A stretch of 64,000 nucleotides of DNA from Heterodontus francisci (lineage: Eukaryota). Positions 13,033-25,039 of this stretch are shown piece after piece. The notes under the pieces are model-generated. The model was not told where the DNA came from. It searched no databases and saw nothing but the letters and a program-made list of their open reading frames with translations. The stretch lies in the NCBI RefSeq assembly GCF_036365525.1, contig NC_090409.1, forward strand, positions 38,636,437 to 38,700,436, read 5' to 3'. The stretch's first letter is position 1; each line of letters opens with the position of its first letter. The position numbers and the translations under genes were made by a program.

Positions 13033-13765
13033 CTCCATTTTTACTGGAGAATCACCTTTGCTCTGTTAGAGATCGGCTCGCAGGGAGGTGTGTCTCCTGA
13101 AGTGCTGCAATGTCTACATTGAGTCCACTGAGCTCTTCCGAGAATCGTTGATTTGTGTCAGGTCTTCCAACAGGCCAGGACACATAGTTCTGACATTCCA
13201 GCTTGCAAAACGAAGGGCTGGTACCTTCTTTCCTTTTTTTGGTCGTGCTGTTTGGTGCGGTGTTGCAGTCCACTTGTCGGGCAATGACCTTGAGCTCCAA
13301 GCACCCATTGAAGCAGGTGGACTGTGGCGGGACAGAACCTTACTGACCGGGGGCTGCCCGGTTTGAGGCGGGGCGGTAGCTGTCCAGTGAGGTGCGATGA
13401 CCTCTCCCACCGACAAAGGCAACCCGTGGCGCCCAATCTCCATGCCAATTGAGCTGAACTTATAACCCGTAACTGCTGCCTTCCGTGTTGTTTCAGTCGC
13501 TGTGAGGCGACTATGGAGTGACCTCTCCATGGCCCATGCCTGGGCGGATGTACGGAGGTTGTGAGTTGCCCAAGCGTCAAAACCCACCTCTCGGCCTTCC
13601 TGGTGGGGGCCAAAGGAGTGCAGAGCACGATGTTTGGCAGCGGTATGGCTGCAGGAACTGCCGGAAACATGCCACATGACTGCCTTCGGGGTTCCGCTAC
13701 GGATTTTATGTCAGGGTTTACTCCCTTAGCCTTGGGCTCTCCTGAGACTCCCACAAGGCAGTGGG
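13033..13765 (-). mobile_element. RTE LINE 5' fragment (5' UTR and start of endonuclease)
   Basis: ALRFASWNVRTM and DIAALQETHL motifs in ORFs 13114-13677 and 13052-13300. Confidence 0.8.
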
Positions 13766-14010
13766 GTTGTTAGCTCCTATCCCTGAAGGGGGTGCAAGGG
13801 GGGAGGGGAGAGGGTGCAGGGGAAGGGAGTGCGAGGGGGGACCTGGGAAGGGGGGGTGGGGAGAAGCGGGTGCGAGGGGGGAGGGGATGCGAGGGGGTGC
13901 AAAGAGGGGAGGGGATGCAGGGGGTGCAAGGGAGGTGGGGGTGGGGGAAGAGGGTGCTGGGGGGAAGGTGGTGTAGAGGGGGTGGGGGAGGCGTCCAGCG
14001 GGGGTCGCGA

Positions 14011-14074
14011 CCCTGGCCAGCGCCTTCCAGGTGGGCATGTAGCGCACACAGTGACCGCACCAGGACGAGAAGAA
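14011..14074 (-). pseudogene. Orphan fragment resembling the thioredoxin active site of QSOX sulfhydryl oxidases
   Basis: FFSSWCGHCVRYMPTWKALAR matches the recalled QSOX1/2 pattern F(F/Y)xSWCGHCxx(Y/F)xPTW(K/R)ALA; flanks unrelated. Confidence 0.7.
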
Positions 14075-14239
14075 CAAACTTCGGAGGTCAAGCAGCAGAA
14101 AGGCCATTGTCAAACACCATTCTATTTCTATCGCACCTAGCTATTAAGCCTAGCTGCCACATTTAAATCACATTTAGTAATTAATCTTGTAGTCTTGCCA
14201 ACTCCCAATTTGTGCTGTGGCTACCTGTCTAACTCTAGT

Positions 14240-15050
14240 CCGTTTAATCTGGACAAATGTGAGGTAATGCATTTTGGAAGGTCTAATGCAGGTGGGAAGT
14301 ATACAGTAAATGGCAGAACCCTGAGGAGTATTGACAGGCAGAGAGATCTGGGCGTACAGGTCCACAGGTCACTGAAAGTGGCAACGCAGGTGGATAAGGT
14401 AGTTAAGAAGGCATACGGCATGCTTGCCTTCATCGGTCGGGGCATAGAGTATAAAAATTGGCAAGTCATGCTGCAGCTGTACAGAACCTTAGTTAGGCCA
14501 CACTTAGAATATTGCGTGAAATTCTGGTCGCCACACTACCAGAAGGACCTGGAGGCTTTGGAGAGGGTACAGAGGAGGTTTACCAGGATGTTGCCTGGTC
14601 TGGAGGGCATTAGCTATGAGGAGAGGTTGGAAAAACTCGGATTGTTTTCACTGGAACGACGGAGGTGGAGGGGCGACATGATAGAGGTTTACAAAGTTAT
14701 GAGCGGCATGGACAGAGTGGATAGTCAGAAGCTTTTTCCCAGGGTGGAAGAGTCAGTTACTAGGGGACATAGGTTTAAGGTGCGAAGGGCAAAATTTAGA
14801 GGGGATGTGCGAGGCAAGTTTTTTACACAGAGGGTGGTGAGTGCCTGAAACTTGCTGCCAGGGAAGGTGGTGGAAGCAGATACGATAGCGATGTTTCAGA
14901 GACATCTTGACAAATACATGAATAGGAAGGGAATAGAGGGATATGGGCCCCGTAAGAGCAGAAGGTTTTAGTTTTGGCAGGCATCAAGATCGGCGCAGGC
15001 TTGGAGGGCCGAATGGCCTGTTCCTGTGCTGTACTGTTCTTTGTTCTTTG
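14240..15050 (+). mobile_element. CR1 LINE 3' fragment, same subfamily as 9236-11110
   Basis: ORF 14195-14848 (LYRTLVRPHLEYC); near-identical 3' UTR and GTTCTTT tail. Confidence 0.92.
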
Positions 15051-16215
15051 TAGACTCTATATACTGTTTGCTGCAGCAGGCTGTTTAGGTAGACTCTATA
15101 TACTGTTTGCTGTAGCAGGCTCTTTAAGTAGACTCTATCTACTGTTTGCTGTAGCAGGCTGTTTAAGTAGACTCTACATACTGTTTGCTGCAGCAGGCTG
15201 TTTAAGTAGACTCTATATACTGTTTGCTGTAGCAGGCTGTTTAAGTAGACTCTATATACTGTTTGCTGTAGCAGGCTGTTTAGGTAGACTCTATATACTG
15301 TATGCTGTAGCAGGCTGTTTAGGTAGACTATATGTACTGTTTGCTGTAGCAAGCTGTTTAGGTAGACTCCATATACTGTTTGCTGTAGCAGGCTGTTTAA
15401 GTAGACTATATGTACTGTTTGCTGTAGCAAGCTGTTTAGGTAGACTCCATATACTGGTTGCTGTAGCAGGCTGTTTAAGTAGACTATATATACTGTTTTC
15501 TGTAGCAGGCTGTTTAGGTAGACTCTATGTACTGTTTGCTGTAGCAGGCTGTTTAAGTAGACTCTATATACTGTTTGCTGTAGCAGGCTGTTTAAGTAGA
15601 CTCTATATACTGTTTGCTGTAGCAGGCTGTTTAAGTAGACTCTACATACTGTTTGCTGTAGCAGGCTGTTTAGGTAGACTATATATACTGTTTGCTGTAG
15701 CAGGCTGTTTAGGAAGACTCTACATACTGTTTGCTGTCGCAGGCTGTTTAGGTAGACTCTATATACTGTTTGCTGTAGCAGGCTGTTTAAGTAGACTCTA
15801 TATACTGTTTGCTGTAGCAGGCTGTTTAAGTAGACTCTATATACTGTTTGCTGTAGCAGGCTGTTTAAGTAGACTCTACATACTGTTTGCTGTAGCATGC
15901 TGTTTAGGTAGACTCTATATACTGTTTGTTGTAGCAGGCTGTTTAAGTAAACTATATATACTGTTTGCTGTAGCAGGCTGTTTAGGTAGACTCTATATAC
16001 TGTTTGCTGTAGCAGGCTGTTTAAGTAGACTCTATATACTGTTTGCTGTAGCAGGCTGTTTAGGTAGACTCTATATACTGTTTGCTGTAGCAGGCTGTTT
16101 AAGTAGACTCTATATACTGTTTTCTGTAGCAGGCTGTTTAGGTAGACTCTATATACTGTTTGCTGTAGCAGGCTGTTTAAGTAGACTCTACATACTGTTT
16201 GCTGTAGTATGCTGT
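15050..16215. repeat. 39-bp minisatellite, left half (~30 units)
   Basis: Unit TAGACTCTATATACTGTTTGCTGTAGCAGGCTGTTTA(A/G)G. Confidence 0.95.
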
Positions 16216-16289
16216 TTAAATACTCTCGATTGTTTGCTGTTATGCGCAAATGAAATAGACTCTGTCGTTTCTTGCTTGTGAATCAGTTT

Positions 16290-19200
16290 TCCATTTTGGA
16301 TACTGTGAGATCGATGGTTCCTCAGGGGAGTGCAGCCAGAGCAAAATCCATGGCACCATGGGTGGCTCAGCTGCACAGGAGGGTAGGAAGAAGAGTGGAA
16401 GAGCAATAGTGATGGGGGATTCGATAGTCAGGGGTTCAGACAGGCGTTTCTTCGGCAGTAAACATGACTCCAGGATGGTGTGTTGCCTCCCTGGTGCCAG
16501 GGTCAAGGATGTCATGGAGAGGCTGCAAGACATCCTTCTGGGGGAGGGTAAAATGCCAGAGGTCGTGGTCCACATTGATACCAATGACATAGGTAGGAAG
16601 AGGGATGAGGTCCTGAAAGCAGATTTTAGGGAGTTAGGAAGGAAATTAAAAAGTAGGACCTCCAAAGCAGTAATCTCAGGATTACTCCCAGTGCCACGTG
16701 CTAGTGGGAATAGGAGGATTGATCGATTCAAGGATATTCAGCATTTACGAAGGACAGGCAGAAAGGATAAGGAGGTGGTGTTGCGCTGATAATAAGAGAT
16801 GAGATCAGTATATTAGTAAGGGAGGATCTCAGACCTGAAGAACAAAATGTGGAATCTGTTTGGGTGGAGTTAAGAAACAGCAACAGGCACCAAACATTGG
16901 TAGGAGTTGTTTATTGGCCACCAAACAGTAGCGATAGTGTGGGGCATGGTATTAATCAGGAGATTAGAGAAGCATGTGGCATGGGTAATTATGGGTGAAT
17001 TCAATCTTCATATAGACTGGGTAAACCTAATGAGCACTAATGCCGTGGAGGATGAATTTCTGGAGGGTATTAGGGATGGTTTGCTCGGGCATAATAGAGA
17101 GAAACTATTTCTGCTGGTTAGGGAGTCTAGAACTAGGGACCAGAGTCTAAAAATTAGAGCCAAGCCTTTCAGGAGTCGAGTTAGGAAACACTGGGGAACC
17201 AACAGGATAACAGGTTATTTTAGATCTAGTATTATGTAATGAGAAAGGGCTAATTAATAACCTTGTTGAAAAAGAACCTTTAGGGATGAGTGACCATAAT
17301 ATGATAGAATTTTACATTATGTTTGAAAGTGAGGTAGTTCAATCTGAAGCCAGGGTGTAAAATTATGAAGGTATGAGGGTCAAATTGGCAGAGGTGGATT
17401 GGGAAAATACATTAAAAGGTGTGACAGTACATAGGCAATGGATAGTCTTTAAAGAAATATTACATAGTTTACAGCGACTATACATTCCTTCAAGACACAA
17501 AAACCCCCAAAAGTAAAGGCAGTCAACCGTGGATACAAAGGAAGTTAGGGATTGTATAAGATTAAAAGAAAAGGCCTATAAAGTTGCCAGAAACAGTTGT
17601 AAACCTAAGGACTGGGAGGATTTTAAAATACAGCAAAGGACAACCAAGAAACTGATAAGGGAAGGAAGATAGAATATGAATGTAAGCTAGCAAAGAATGT
17701 AAAAATGAACTGTAAAAGCTTCTATAGGTACGTAAAAGGGAAACGTTTGGCGAAGACAAATGTGTGTCCATTACAGGCAGAGTCAGGGGAATTTATAATG
17801 GGGAATAGGGAAATGGCAGAGAAGCTAAATGATTACTTTGTGTCTGTCTTCACAGAAATCTCCCAGAATTAGAGATCCAAGGGATTCGGGGAAATGAGGA
17901 ATTGAAGGAAATTAGTATTAGTAAGAAGGTTGTATTGGAGAAGTTAATGGGGCTGACGGTTGATAAGTCCCCAGGACCTGATATTCTACATCCCAGAGTG
18001 TTGAAAGAGGTAGCTATGGAGATAGTGGATGCATTGGTGATCATCTTCCCAAATTCTGTAGATTCTGGAGCGGTTCCTGCAGATTGGAAAGTCGCAAATG
18101 TCACCCCACTATTTAAGAAGGGAGGGAGAGAGAAAACAGGGAATTACAGACCTGTTAGTCTTACATCAGTCATTGAGAAAATGCTAGAATCTATTCTAAA
18201 GGATGTGATAAATGGACACTTGGATAATAATGATCTGATTGGGCGTAGTCAACATGGATTGATGAATGGGAAATTATGTTTGACAAAGCAGTTGGTGGTT
18301 TTTGAGGATGTTACTAACAGAATTGATAAAGGGGAGTCGGTGGACATGGTATACTTGGATTTTCAAAAGGCTTTTGATAAAGTCCCCCACAGGAGATTGG
18401 TTAGCAAAATTAAAGCACATGGGATAGGAGGTAATATACTGGCATGGATTAAGGATTGGTTAACAGGAAGAAAGCAGAGAATAGGAATAAACGGGTCATT
18501 CTCGCATTGGCAGGCTGTGACTAGCGGGGTACCGCAGGGATCAGTACTTCGGCCCCAGCTGTTCACAATATATATCAATGATTTGGATGTGGGGACCAAA
18601 TGTAATATTTCCAAGTTCGCAGATGACACAAAACTAGGTGGGAATGTGTAGTATGAGGAAGATGCAAAGCAGCTTCAAGGGGGTTTGGACAGAATTAGTG
18701 AGTGGGCAAGAACGTGGCAGATGGAATATAATGTGGAAAAATGTGAGGTTATCCACTTTGGTGGGAGGAACAGATGTGCAGAGTATTTCTTAAATGGTAA
18801 GAGATTAGAAAGTGTAGATGTACAAAGGGACCTGGGTGTCCTTGTCAATAAGTGACTGAAAGCTAACATGCAGATGCAGCATGCATTTAAGAAGGCTAAT
18901 GGTATGTTAGTCTTTATCACAAGAGGATTTGAGTACAGGAGTAATGAAGTCTTGCTTCAATTGTATAGAACCTTGGTTAGACCGCACCTGGAGTACTGTG
19001 TGCAGTTTTGGTCCCCTTACCTTAGGAAGGATATTATTGCTGTAGAGGGAGTGCAACGAAGGTTCACCAGACTTGTTCCCTGGGATGGCGGGTCTGTCCT
19101 ATGAAGAGAGATTGGTGAAACTGGGCCTGTATTCTCTAGAGTTTCGAAGAATGAGAGGTGATCTCATTGAAACCTACAAAATACTGAACGGGATAAACAG

Positions 19201-19536
19201 GGTAGATGCAGCTAAGATGTTTTCCCCTGGTCGGGGAGTCTGGAACCAGGGGACACAATTTCAAAATAAGGGGGAAGCCACTTAGGACAGAGATGAGGAG
19301 AAATTTCTTTACTCCGAGGGTTGTGAATCTTTGGAATTCTCTACCCCAGAGAGCTGTGGAAGCTCAGTCATTGAATATGTTTAAAGCAGAGATTGACAGA
19401 TTTCTAAATACAAATAACATAAAGGGATATGGGGATAGTGTGGGAAAAAGACATTGAAGTGGATGATTGTATTGAATGGCGGAGCAGGCTCCATGGACTG
19501 AATGGCCTGCACCTGCTCCTATGTTCCAATGTTCCC
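16290..19536 (+). mobile_element. CR1 LINE, long degenerate copy (ORF1 esterase remnant + ORF2)
   Basis: GDSIVRG..CCLPGA..VHIDTND (SGNH esterase-type ORF1); RT ORF 17902-18651 with FADDTKL; (ATGTTCC) tail. Confidence 0.92.
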
Positions 19537-21675
19537 AGACTGTTTGCTGTAGTGTGCTGTTTAAATAGACTCTGTAGACTGTTTGCTGTAGTGCCATTGA
19601 TTAAATAGACTCTGTAGACTGTTTGCTGTAGTGTGCTGTTTAAATAGACTCCGTAGACTGTTTGCTGTAGTGTGCTGTTTAAATAGACTCCGTAGACTGT
19701 TTGCTATGGTGCGCTATTTAAATAGACTCTGTAGACTGTTTGTTGTAGCGTGCTGTTTAAATAGACTCTGTAGACTGTTTGCTATGGTGCGCTATTTAAA
19801 TAGACTCTGTAGACTGTTTGTTGTAGCGTGCTGTTTAAATAGACTCTGTAGACTGTTTGCTGTAGTGCCATTGATTAAATAGACTCTGTAGACTGTTTGC
19901 TGGAGTGTGCTGTTTAAATAGACTCTGTAGATTGTTTGCTGCAGTGTGCTGTTTAAATAGACTCTGTAGACTGTTTGCTATCGTGTGCTGTTTAAATAGA
20001 CTCCGTAGACTGTTTGCTATGGTGCGCTATTTAAATAGACTCTGTAGACTGTTTGCTGTAGTGTGCTGTTTAAATAGACTCTGCAGACTGTTTGCTGGAG
20101 TGTGCTGTTTAAATAGACTCTGTAGATTGTTTGCTGTAGTGTGCTGTTTAAATAGACTCTGTAGATTGTTTGTTGTAGCATGCTGTTTAAATAGACTCTG
20201 TAGACTGTTTGCTGTAGTGCCATTGAGTAAATAGACTCTGTAGACTGTTTGCTGTAGTGTGCTGTTTAAATAGACTCTGCAGATTGTTTGCTGTAGTGTG
20301 CTGTTTAAATAGACTCAATAGACTATTTGCTGTAGTGTGCTGTTTAAATAGACTCTGTAGATTGTTTGTTGTAGCATGCTGTTTAAATAGACTCTGTAGA
20401 CTGTTTGCTGTAGTGCCATTGAGTAAATAGACTCTGTAGACTGTTTGCTGTAGTGTGCTGTTTAAATAGACTCTGTAGACTGTTTGCTGTAGTGCCATTG
20501 AGTAAATAGACTCTGTAGACTGTTTGCTGTAGTGTGCTGTTTAAATAGACTCTGTCGACTGTTTGCTGTCGTGTGCTGTTTAAATAGACACTGTAGACTG
20601 TTTGCTGTGGTGTGCTATTTAAATAGACTCTGTAGACTGTTTGCTGTCGTGTGCTGTTTAAATAGACTCTGTAGACTGTTTGCTGTCGTGTGCTGTTTAA
20701 ATAGACTCAATAGACTGTTTGCTATGGTGCGCTATTTAAATAGACTCTGTAGATTGTTTGCTGTAGTGTGCTGTTTAAATAGACTCTGTAGACTGTTTGC
20801 TGTAGTGCCATTGAGTAAATAGACTCTGTAGACTGTTTGCTGTAGTGTGCTGTTTAAATAGACTCAATAGACTATTTGCTATGGTGCGCTATATAAATAG
20901 ACTCTATAGACTGTTTGCTGTAGTGTGCTGTTTAAATAGACTCTGTAGACTGTTTGCTGTCGTGTGCTGTTTAAATAGACTCTATAGACTGTTTGCTATG
21001 GTGCGCTATTTAAATAGACTCTGTAGACTGTTTGCTGTAGTGTGCTGTTTAAATAGACTCTGTAGACTGTTTGCTGTCGTGTGCTGTTTAAATAGACTCT
21101 GTAGACTGTTTGCTGTGGTGTGCTATTTAAATAGACTCTGTAGACTGTTTGCTGTCGTGTGCTGTTTAAATAGACTCTGTAGACTGTTTGCTGTGGTGTG
21201 CCATTTAAATAGACTCTGTAGACTGTTTGCTGTCGTGTGCTGTTTAAATAGACTCAATAGACTGTTTGCTATGGTGCGCTGTTTAAATAGACTCTATAGA
21301 CTGTTTGCTGTAGTGTGCTGTTTAAATAGACTCTGTAGACTGTTTGCTGTGGTGTGCTATTTAAATAGACTCTGTAGACTGTTTGCTGTCGTGTGCTGTT
21401 TAAATAGACTCTGTAGACTGTTTGCTGTGGTGTGCTATTTAAATAGACTCTGTAGACTGTTTGCTGTCGTGTGCTGTTTAAATAGACTCAATAGACTGTT
21501 TGCTATGGTGCGCTATTTAAATAGACTCTGTAGATTGTTTGCTGTAGTGTGCTGTTTAAATAGACTCTGTAGACTGTTTGCTGTAGTGCCATTGAGTAAA
21601 TAGACTCTGTAGACTGTTTGCTGTAGTGTGCTGTTTAAATAGACTCTGTAGACTGTTTGCTGTGGTGTGCTGTTC
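19537..21675. repeat. 39-bp minisatellite, right half (~55 units)
   Basis: Unit TAGACTCTGTAGACTGTTTGCTGTAGTGTGCTGTTTAAA. Confidence 0.95.
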
Positions 21676-21869
21676 AAACGGCCTCCCTCACCTCAAGGGA
21701 GAAATGTAACTAGAAAGGGCAGCACTGGGAGAAGAGATTCAAGGTGGATCCACAGTATCAGAGTGTTGAGTTACAATGGGGAGACTGTGTCAGGCCTGCA
21801 TATCTCCGCCTGTAAGAGGTGAGAGATTAAAATGTTTTGCACTCCCAAGCCCATCCTAGTGATGTTTCA

Positions 21870-22310
21870 ATAGAATTACATAAAATCTCCAGCACAGAAA
21901 CAGGCCATTCGGCCCATCTGCTCCGTGTTGGTGTTTCTGGCCCACACGAGCCTCCTCCCACCCCCTCTCCATCTCACCCTATCACCATATCCTTCTATTC
22001 CTTTCTCCCTCATGTGTTTATCCAGCTTCCCCTGAAACACATCGATACGATTCACATCAACCACTCCCTGTGGGAGCGAGTTCCACATTCTCACCACTCT
22101 CTAGGGAAAGACATTTCTCCTGAATTCCCCACTGGATTTATTAGTGACTGTCTGATATTGATGGCCCCCGAGTTCTGGTCTCCCCCCCACAAGTGGAAAC
22201 ATCGAAAGTTTAAAGACCTCAATCAGGTCACCCCTCAGCCTTCTCTTTTCTAGAGAAAAGAGGCCCAGACTGTTCAGTCTTTCCTGATGGTTATAACCTC
22301 TCAGTTCATC
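21870..22310 (-). mobile_element. CR1 LINE 3' fragment
   Basis: VRMWNSLPQGVV..KLDKHM; GGCCGAATGGCC 3' motif. Confidence 0.85.
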
Positions 22311-22532
22311 CAGAAACTCAGGAGTTAAATCAAACCCAGTGCCATAAGATAAACAGTCTACTCTGCACAGGCAGTGAGGTTCCTACGTGTGTTGAGGGGC
22401 AGTCTAACCCAATGTGGTATGGTCAAGAAATACAAACTATCACTGAGTGTGTTATTAAATCAACAACCTCCCTCACAGAGACTGCATGGAGCAGGTGGTT
22501 ATTTATACAATGAAAACTTTAGCACCAATGAG

Positions 22533-23600
22533 ACAGTGTAGAGGGAGCTTTACTCTGTATCTAACCCCATGCAGTACCTGTCCTGGGAGTGTTTGATGGG
22601 GACAGTGTAGAGGGAGCTTTACTCTGTATCTAACCCTGTACTGTACCTGTCCTGGGAGTGTTTGATGGGGACAGTGTCGAGGGAGCTTTACTCTGTATCT
22701 AACCCCCGTACTGTACCTGTCCTGGGAGTGTTTGATGGGGACAGTGTAGAGGGAGCTTTACTCTGTATCTAACCCCCGTACTGTACCTGTCCTGGGAGTG
22801 TTTGATGGGGACAGTGTAGAGGGAGCTTTACTCTGTATCTAACCCCATGCAGTACCTGTCCTGGGACTGTTTGATGGGGGACAGTGTAGAGGGAGCTTTA
22901 CTCTGTATCTAACCCCCGTACTGTACCTGTCCTGGGAGTGTTTGATGTGGACAGTGTAGAGGGAGCTTTACTCTGTATCTAACCCCCGTACTGTACCTGT
23001 CCTGGGAGTGTTTGATGGGGACAGTGTAGAGGGAGCTTTACTCTGTATCTAACCCCCGTACTGTACCTGTCCTGGGAGTGTTTGATGTGGACAGTGTAGA
23101 GGGAGCTTTACTCTGTATCTAACCCCGTACTGTACCTGTCCTGGGAGTGTTTGATGGGGACAGTGTAGAGGGAGCTTTACTCTGTATCTAACCCCATGCA
23201 GTACTTGTCCTGGGAGTGTTTGATGGGGACAGTGTAGAGGGAGCTTTACTCTGTATCTAACACCCCCGTACTGTACCTGTCCTGGGAGTGTTTGATGGGG
23301 ACAGTGTAGAGGGAGCTTTACTCTGTATCTAACCCCCGTACTGTACCTGTCCTGGGAGTGTTTGATGTGGACAGTGTAGAGGGAGCTTTACTCTGTATCT
23401 AACCCCGTACTGTACCTGTCCTGGGAGTGTTTGATGGGGACAGTGTAGAGGGAGCTTTACTCTGTATCTAACCCCCATGCAGTACCTGTCCTGGGAGTGT
23501 TTGATGGGGACAGTGTAGAGGGAGCTTTACTCTGTATCTAACCCCCCGTGCTGTACCTGTCCTGGGAGTGTTTGATGGGGACAGTGTAGAGGGAGCTTTA
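22533..23600. repeat. 69-70-bp minisatellite (~15 units); partial units also at 24995-25036, 28260-28325 and 47199-47349
   Basis: Unit GACAGTGTAGAGGGAGCTTTACTCTGTATCTAACCCCCGTACTGTACCTGTCCTGGGAGTGTTTGATGGG. Confidence 0.95.
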
Positions 23601-24994
23601 GTGCCCACAACCTCTGGAACCGACTGAGCGGTGTCTGTTGGATGTGTGGGGGGAGCGGGAGGATGTGCAGCGGCGCCACCCTGGGCTGCCAAGGTGGAGT
23701 TGGCAGCCGGGAGGTTGGGGCAGTTCTTACGAACGTGCCCCACCCCCTTGAAAGCATGGCACCGCACCCCGACCGAGGTCCAGATGATGTGGTAGGCTGC
23801 CCCTTGGATCTCCACACTGAAGTGGCCCTCCAAGACCTCCTCCCGCACCAGCTGCATGAATAGCTGGCGGGGGAAGGATGTTTTCCCGAAGACCGAGCGG
23901 GACTGGGGTGATCCCAGACCTCACCTCCCCCAGATGGTGCAGGTGGGGGAGGAGGAGCTCACTGGGAATGAAGGGCGGGACGTTTGATAACATGATCCGC
24001 TGCACAGTGGCCCCCAGAGTGTCCACCAGCAGGAAGGTTCCCCCCACCCACAGTGAGTCCCTTACTCAGGGCCAGGGACACCGTCCTCTCGGTCTTCAGG
24101 AAGAACACACCCTCCCCGTACATCTTTGAAGCTGCAACAATGGCCGAGGGGCCGACAACATCGGCCATTGTCTTTACGCAGGCCTCAATAGACATGTTGG
24201 GGTGGGGATAGCTCTTCACCCCATGGCTGGATGTTATTAATTTAAAGGGTACTGGGACCACATGGGCAGCCACAGAGGCTGCAGCTGCATAGGTAGTAGA
24301 GGGCCCCGCCACCGGTGATGAAGGGCTTGCCATGGGTCTCAGAGCTAAACCCAACCCAAATTGTAGGCTTGCAAATTGAACAAAATGAAAGATTCACAGG
24401 AGATACTGAAGTTAAAAACAAACAACAGGTTGGGGAGAGACTAGGGGTATAGAAGAGAGGGAAAGACAAGCTGTAAGGGATGACTTGCTCTCAGGAGATG
24501 GTGCACTTAAAACAGTCTTTGCCAGCACTCTTAGTCTTCCGGTCTTCTGGTTGGGGCAGGCATCTTCACCTGGGTCAGCTGAATCTGCCCAAGCACTATC
24601 TATCCCCTTCCGTCTCGTTAGCCGGGCAGCTTCAGTTAACCCAGGCTGGGCAGTTGGAGTGGGGAGTGAGCTTCCCTGTGTGCTTGTTACAGCATCAGAG
24701 ATCCCTACAGAATTGGCAGCCCCACTCCTTGTTCCTCCCCCGATAGTCCAAAGCAAAGCAAACTACTGGTGTTCAGCACCCACCTCCAAACAAAGCCTCG
24801 TTTCCAACAAACATTTCGTTCTTCACTGTAAAGGTGATTGCTGGATCAAACTTTTCTCTGCTTGGTTGTAACTGCTCTCCCTCTGCTCGGTGTAGCTCCT
24901 CTCTCCCCCTCTGCAACCTCCAATTGCCACCAGCACTGTCAGCTGAGACTCGTTTCTGCAATCAGCGGTCAGCACCTCCAACCAGGCAGCAGCC
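23601..24994 (-). mobile_element. Tx1-clade LINE, 5' UTR plus N-terminal ORF1 only (3'-deleted)
   Basis: ORF pieces 23959-24354, 23727-24047 and 23468-23857 align with ORF1 of the 47350-53840 element (LSNVPPFIP, knuckle CHAFKGVGHVRKNC). Confidence 0.9.
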
Positions 24995-25039
24995 AACTCC
25001 GTGCTGTACCTGTCCTGGGAGAGTTTGATGGGACAGCAA

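Noticed and set aside
14974-16281. 435-aa hydrophobic ORF and 421-aa antisense ORF
   Set aside because: Artefact of a stop-free 39-bp (13-codon) minisatellite
22533-23600. CRISPR-like regular array (also other arrays in the window)
   Set aside because: No unique spacers, no cas genes and a eukaryotic context; these are plain tandem repeats
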